Positions 59,876 through 64,000 of a stretch of 64,000 bases of DNA are shown here, piece after piece. Below the pieces are notes generated by a model. The model made no database searches and was not told the origin of the DNA. It worked only from the letters and a program-made list of their open reading frames with translations. Within the stretch, counting starts at the first letter, position 1. Every line of letters begins with the position of its first letter. Both the position numbers and the translations under genes were made by a program. This DNA is from an uncultured Candidatus Saccharibacteria bacterium (GTDB lineage Bacteria > Patescibacteriota > Minisyncoccia > 2-02-FULL-40-12 > GWA2-44-9): assembly GCA_964513645.1 (NCBI GenBank), contig CAZENF010000002.1, positions 206,072-270,071 of the forward strand, given 5' to 3'.

Positions 59876-60949
59876 ATGGAGTATAAAGAACATGTTCACG
59901 TCCAGGTAACCACTTCGACCTTGCTCAAAGGTATTTTGCTCGTGCTCTTTTTCGTATTTCTCTATGTCCTGAAAGACGTCATTATAATCTTTCTTTTTGC
60001 GATAATCATCGCTTCGGCCATCAGTCCTTTCGCGGACTGGCTTGAAGGCAAGGGATTCCCGCGCCTCTTAGGTGTTTTAATATTATACTTAACTGTCTTT
60101 GGTCTGATAGTTTATGTACTAACCCTCGTCATTCCTTATATCTCAAACGATATCGCCCAGCTGTCGGCCTCGTTGCCTAAAGTTGTCCAACGACTTTCAA
60201 ATTCACTCGACACGGTCCAGCAGGGTACATCAAAGTATTTTGATTTTGTCAGCGAGATCCAGAATATTCTTGATAGCTTCTCGGTCTATCTTCAACAGTC
60301 GTCCCAGTCGGTCTTTGATATTATCGTTAATGTTTTCGGCGGAATCATGTCATTCATCGCGGTCATAATCATATCTTTTTACCTGTCCGTGATGAAAAGA
60401 GGAGTTGAAAGTTTTATTGAATCCGTCGTGCCTGAACATTACGAGGCCTATGTGATGGACATCTGGAGACGTTCAGAGTCAAAAGTCGGCCGGTGGCTAC
60501 AGGGTCAGATGCTGCTTGCGATGATAGTCGGTCTAACTACATATATCGGCTTGTCTCTCATCGGAATAAAGTTTGCCTTGCTTCTCGGTTTACTGGCGAT
60601 AGCGCTTGAGATTGTGCCGATTGTCGGGCCGGTATTATTTGCTATCCCTGGAGTTATCCTGGCCTTCATTCAGAGTCCGCAGCTTGGTCTTTGGGTCATC
60701 CTTTTTTACTTAGCGGTTCAACAGACCGAGAGTCATGTTCTGGTACCGATCGTGCTTGGTAAAACAACTGGCCTCAACCCGGTCGTAGTTATTATGGCTT
60801 TACTTATCGGTCAGCAATTATCTGGTATCACCGGCATGCTTTTGTCGGTACCGGTGGCAACGGTGATAGTTGAGATGCTCGAAGATATCGCAAAACATAA
60901 AGAAGAAGCTAAGCACGTCTTGGACACGGCGGAGGCCTCTGTAACGTAG
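59876..60949 (+). CDS. AI-2E family transporter (PerM/UPF0118)
   Basis: Eight TM helices and the conserved LLGLLAIALEIVPIVGP block. Confidence 0.75.
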   Translation: MEYKEHVHVQVTTSTLLKGILLVLFFVFLYVLKDVIIIFLFAIIIASAISPFADWLEGKGFPRLLGVLILYLTVFGLIVYVLTLVIPYISNDIAQLSASLPKVVQRLSNSLDTVQQGTSKYFDFVSEIQNILDSFSVYLQQSSQSVFDIIVNVFGGIMSFIAVIIISFYLSVMKRGVESFIESVVPEHYEAYVMDIWRRSESKVGRWLQGQMLLAMIVGLTTYIGLSLIGIKFALLLGLLAIALEIVPIVGPVLFAIPGVILAFIQSPQLGLWVILFYLAVQQTESHVLVPIVLGKTTGLNPVVVIMALLIGQQLSGITGMLLSVPVATVIVEMLEDIAKHKEEAKHVLDTAEASVT

Positions 60950-60950
60950 A

Positions 60951-61655
60951 ATGTTATATATCGTAGCAACCCCAATCGGAAATTTAGAAGATATTACCTT
61001 GCGGGCCATCAGCGTTTTGAGAAGCGCTGATTTTATTTTGGCTGAAGATACCAGAGTGACCAAGATTCTGCTTGATAAATATAACATTGAAGTTAAAACA
61101 ATAAGTTATCATCAGCACAGCGGTTTCCAAAAAATCGAACAGATAATCGATCTTTTGAAAGGGGGCAAGGTTTTAGCTTTAGTCACTGATGCCGGAACTC
61201 CTGGCATTAATGATCCTGGAAATTATCTTGTCGCCAAAGTACTCGAAGCTCTACCGGAGGTTAGAATCGTTCCTATTCCTGGGGCGAACGCAGCAGTTTC
61301 GGCTTTAAGTATCAGCGGATTTCCGACGGACAAATTTGTTTACCTCGGTTTTCCACCTCACAAAAAAGGCCGGCAGACATTTTTTCAGAGACTGGGCGCT
61401 ACCCAGGACACGGTTGTTTTTTATGAGTCTAAGTATAGAATAGCCAAAGCCGTCAAGGAATTAAAAGATATGGCGAAAATAGGGGAACGTCCGGTGATGG
61501 TCTCCCGGGAGCTGACCAAACAGTTCGAGACCATCTATCGAGGCACGGCTGACCAAATAATGATAAAATTAAATAGCCACAAGGATGACCTTTTGGGCGA
61601 GTTTGTAGTAGTTGTCGGTCCGATAGAAAAAGATAAGAACTCAAATGAAGAATAA
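60951..61655 (+). CDS. rsmI: 16S rRNA (cytidine1402-2'-O)-methyltransferase RsmI
   Basis: N-terminal LYIVATPIGNLEDIT and the tetrapyrrole-methylase fold. Confidence 0.85.
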   Translation: MLYIVATPIGNLEDITLRAISVLRSADFILAEDTRVTKILLDKYNIEVKTISYHQHSGFQKIEQIIDLLKGGKVLALVTDAGTPGINDPGNYLVAKVLEALPEVRIVPIPGANAAVSALSISGFPTDKFVYLGFPPHKKGRQTFFQRLGATQDTVVFYESKYRIAKAVKELKDMAKIGERPVMVSRELTKQFETIYRGTADQIMIKLNSHKDDLLGEFVVVVGPIEKDKNSNEE

Positions 61656-63168
61656 ATTTTATATCACAACCGCAATTGCTTACACCAATGCTCCGCCACA
61701 CCTCGGCCATGCTTTAGAGTTCATCCAGGCGGATGTTCTGGCCCGTTACCATCGTTTACGGGAAGATGAAACTTTTTTTCTGACTGGAACGGATGAGCAT
61801 GGAACCAAGATCGCGCGTTCAGCGGCAAAACATCAAAAAAATGAGAAGGAGTTTGTCGATGAGATATCGGCCAAGTTCGTTGAGCTTGATAAATTACTCA
61901 ATATTTCAAATGATGATTTTATCCGGACAAGCGACCGGTTACGGCACTGGCCCGCTGCCGAGAAACTATGGCGGAAGCTAGCCGAGAGCGGAGATGTTTA
62001 TAAAAAAGCTTACGAAGGGCTTTACTGTGTCGGACACGAAGCTTTTATAAAAAAATCCGAACTTATTGGAGGAATGTGCCCGATTCATAAGACGGAGCCC
62101 GAAAAAATAAAAGAAGAAAACTGGTTCTTTAAGCTCACTAAATACAAAAAAGATATAAAGGACAAAATAGAATCAGGCCAACTGGCTATTGTGCCCGAAG
62201 CGAGGAAGAATGAAATTCTAAATTTGCTTGATGATGCCGAAGATGTCAGTTTTTCAAGACCATCCGCCCAGCTTAAGTGGGGGATACCGGTGCCCGGGGA
62301 TGATTCGCAGACGATGTATGTCTGGACGGATGCACTGACAAATTATATTTCGGCTCTTGGTTATACTTCAGACGACGAAAAATTTAAAAAATTCTGGCCG
62401 GCTGATGTCCACCTGGTCGGTAAAGATATTGTCCGCTTCCATGCAATTTATTGGCCGGCGATGTTGATGTCGGCCGGACTTGAATTGCCAAAAGCAATAT
62501 ATGTCCACGGATTTATAACCGTTGACGGCGAGAAGATGTCGAAATCGATAGGCAATGTTGTTGATCCTGTCGAATTGGTCAAAACATACGGCCCAGAAGT
62601 AACCCGCTATTTCCTCCTCCGTGAGATACCTTCCGGTGAAGACGGAGATTTTTCTTATAAAAAACTTGAAGAAAGGTATAACGGCGATCTGGCCAACGGC
62701 TTGGGCAATCTGGTTCAAAGAGTCGTGACCTTGGTTGATTCAAAGCTTGCCGGAGAATTAATTTATAAAGACAACAATCTGGACAAAGTTGTTGTAGGTA
62801 GAACTGCGGAAATTTTCAAGGAATATATTAAAAATCTTGATAGTTTTGCCCTTCACGAATCCTTGGTTAAGGTCTGGGAACTTATCGGCTACGCGGATAA
62901 ATATATGGACGAAAAAGCGCCTTGGTCAGTGGTTAAACATAATGCTGTTGTGAGCGAGCCTCGCCAAGGGCGGGAAGCCGAATTCATCAATATTATGACC
63001 AATCTCTTCTACACCATATATAATGTAAGCTGGATGCTCGTTCCGTTTATGCCCGAAACAGCTGGTAAGATATTCAATATGATGGGTGCTGACAGAAGGG
63101 CAAGCTCTCTTGATAATTATAAATTCAGAGTACAAAAAAGCGGGGGTTTATTCCCGCGTCTGGGTTAG
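61645..63168 (+). CDS. metG: Methionyl-tRNA synthetase (short form)
   Basis: HIGH-type motif PPHLGHA and KMSKS. Confidence 0.95.
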   Translation: MKNKFYITTAIAYTNAPPHLGHALEFIQADVLARYHRLREDETFFLTGTDEHGTKIARSAAKHQKNEKEFVDEISAKFVELDKLLNISNDDFIRTSDRLRHWPAAEKLWRKLAESGDVYKKAYEGLYCVGHEAFIKKSELIGGMCPIHKTEPEKIKEENWFFKLTKYKKDIKDKIESGQLAIVPEARKNEILNLLDDAEDVSFSRPSAQLKWGIPVPGDDSQTMYVWTDALTNYISALGYTSDDEKFKKFWPADVHLVGKDIVRFHAIYWPAMLMSAGLELPKAIYVHGFITVDGEKMSKSIGNVVDPVELVKTYGPEVTRYFLLREIPSGEDGDFSYKKLEERYNGDLANGLGNLVQRVVTLVDSKLAGELIYKDNNLDKVVVGRTAEIFKEYIKNLDSFALHESLVKVWELIGYADKYMDEKAPWSVVKHNAVVSEPRQGREAEFINIMTNLFYTIYNVSWMLVPFMPETAGKIFNMMGADRRASSLDNYKFRVQKSGGLFPRLG

Positions 63169-63525
63169 TTTAGGAAGAGATTTTTGGTGGTAATGCTCAA
63201 GTAATTTCCAGGTGATAATACCTCCAATAAACCACAACCATGCCTTAGGATAAATACCGGTCATCATCATGGCCATAAGATATCCGAACGGTATCATAAT
63301 TCTTCCGCATTCAACAACTTCTTCGCGGTAGCTACTGTCTTTGAAAAGGAAAATGGGCCAGCCAAGCGATATTTTCAGGACATTAAGCGTAAAGACATGG
63401 ATAAGTTTAACAACCCTAATCAGACCAAATTCAGTGAGAGCATAACTCAAGGAATACATAGCTCCACATAAAGTAAACAAGAACCCAAGGCCATAAATAC
63501 CGAGCAGAATATAAAGATAGAACAC
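63148..63525 (-). CDS. Hypothetical membrane protein
   Basis: 125 aa with four TM helices. Confidence 0.4.
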   Translation of the reverse strand: MFYLYILLGIYGLGFLFTLCGAMYSLSYALTEFGLIRVVKLIHVFTLNVLKISLGWPIFLFKDSSYREEVVECGRIMIPFGYLMAMMMTGIYPKAWLWFIGGIITWKLLEHYHQKSLPKLTQTRE

Positions 63526-63574
63526 TTTTAAGTCATTTTTTAAAATTAACTGTTTTCAAAGATATCACAACTTT

Positions 63575-63606
63575 TGATAAAATAAAACCGCAGGTTATTC
63601 CTGCGG
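63575..63606 (-). terminator. Terminator whose loop contains the stop codon of the upstream minus-strand gene
   Basis: Stem CCGCAGG/CCTGCGG with a T-rich tract on the minus strand. Confidence 0.5.
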
Positions 63607-63900
63607 TTCGGACGTATCTTTCTTGCCGGCGATGTATGCCGTTTTGCCGAGTAAGTAGGGCCACTGTAAGGCTCTAAGGGCGCAATGGACCAGGTACGTA
63701 AGAAATGTGGCCAGAGAATGAAGTACTACGTACACACAAACTTCAAGGCTGTCTTTAGAACCAAATTCATTTTCAGAATCGTCTACGTGTTTGGGTAGGT
63801 ATCTTACAAAAAAACCAAGATTAATTAATAGAATAATTACGAATGCTATTCCGGAGATGATAAGATATCCGTAGAGGATATGATACATGTTATACCTCAA
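63595..63900 (-). CDS. Hypothetical membrane protein
   Basis: 101 aa with two TM helices. Confidence 0.4.
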   Translation of the reverse strand: MRYNMYHILYGYLIISGIAFVIILLINLGFFVRYLPKHVDDSENEFGSKDSLEVCVYVVLHSLATFLTYLVHCALRALQWPYLLGKTAYIAGKKDTSEPQE

Positions 63901-63931
63901 AGAACTATTAGAGGATTTATATCACTAAAAT

Positions 63932-64000
63932 ATGAAATTATCAATTTTCGATTCTCATTGCCATCCCCAAGCGCACCAATACGAAAAAGACCGCGAAGAG
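63932..64000 (+). CDS. TatD family hydrolase, 5' fragment (runs off the window)
   Basis: N-terminal MKLSIFDSHCH matches the TatD metal-binding HxH start. Confidence 0.55.
   Translation, partial: MKLSIFDSHCHPQAHQYEKDREE

Overview
AT-rich (about 40% GC) bacterial chromosomal window with dense coding and frequent TTG/GTG starts. Its gene content resembles a small-genome, uncultivated lineage (Patescibacteria/CPR-like flavour), but taxonomy cannot be fixed from the sequence. The backbone is housekeeping: tsaE, polA, mutM, holA, recG, asnB, ligA, gatCA, rsmI, metG, lon and five tRNAs. Four accessory blocks stand out. (1) A prkA-DUF444(yeaH)-spoVR stress-kinase triad directly followed by lon. (2) An 8-kb envelope-glycosylation-like cluster: AsnB, a DPM-synthase-like GT2, three SAM methyltransferases and two large polytopic GT-C-like membrane proteins. 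It sits next to comFC and a complete type IV pilus locus (pilMNO-pilB-pilT-pilC-pilin-pilD, three minor pilins, a LamG-domain protein and a 1015-aa secreted FN3-repeat/His-rich giant protein). (3) A tRNA-fMet-associated islet bounded by perfect 61-bp direct repeats that duplicate the tRNA 3' end. It carries a cytochrome b (bc-type) fusion protein and an orphan gene, with a cupredoxin-like gene just outside the islet. It is followed by a cassette of small hypothetical proteins, including a zf-HC2 anti-sigma-like protein, which contains a second copy of a 54-bp palindrome-bearing repeat. (4) A tRNA-Ser(GCU) neighbourhood with an inverted 17-nt copy of the tRNA 3' end, an orphan acidic protein and a GC-rich triple-hairpin element. 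No CRISPR array, cas gene, integrase, transposase or reverse transcriptase was recognised.
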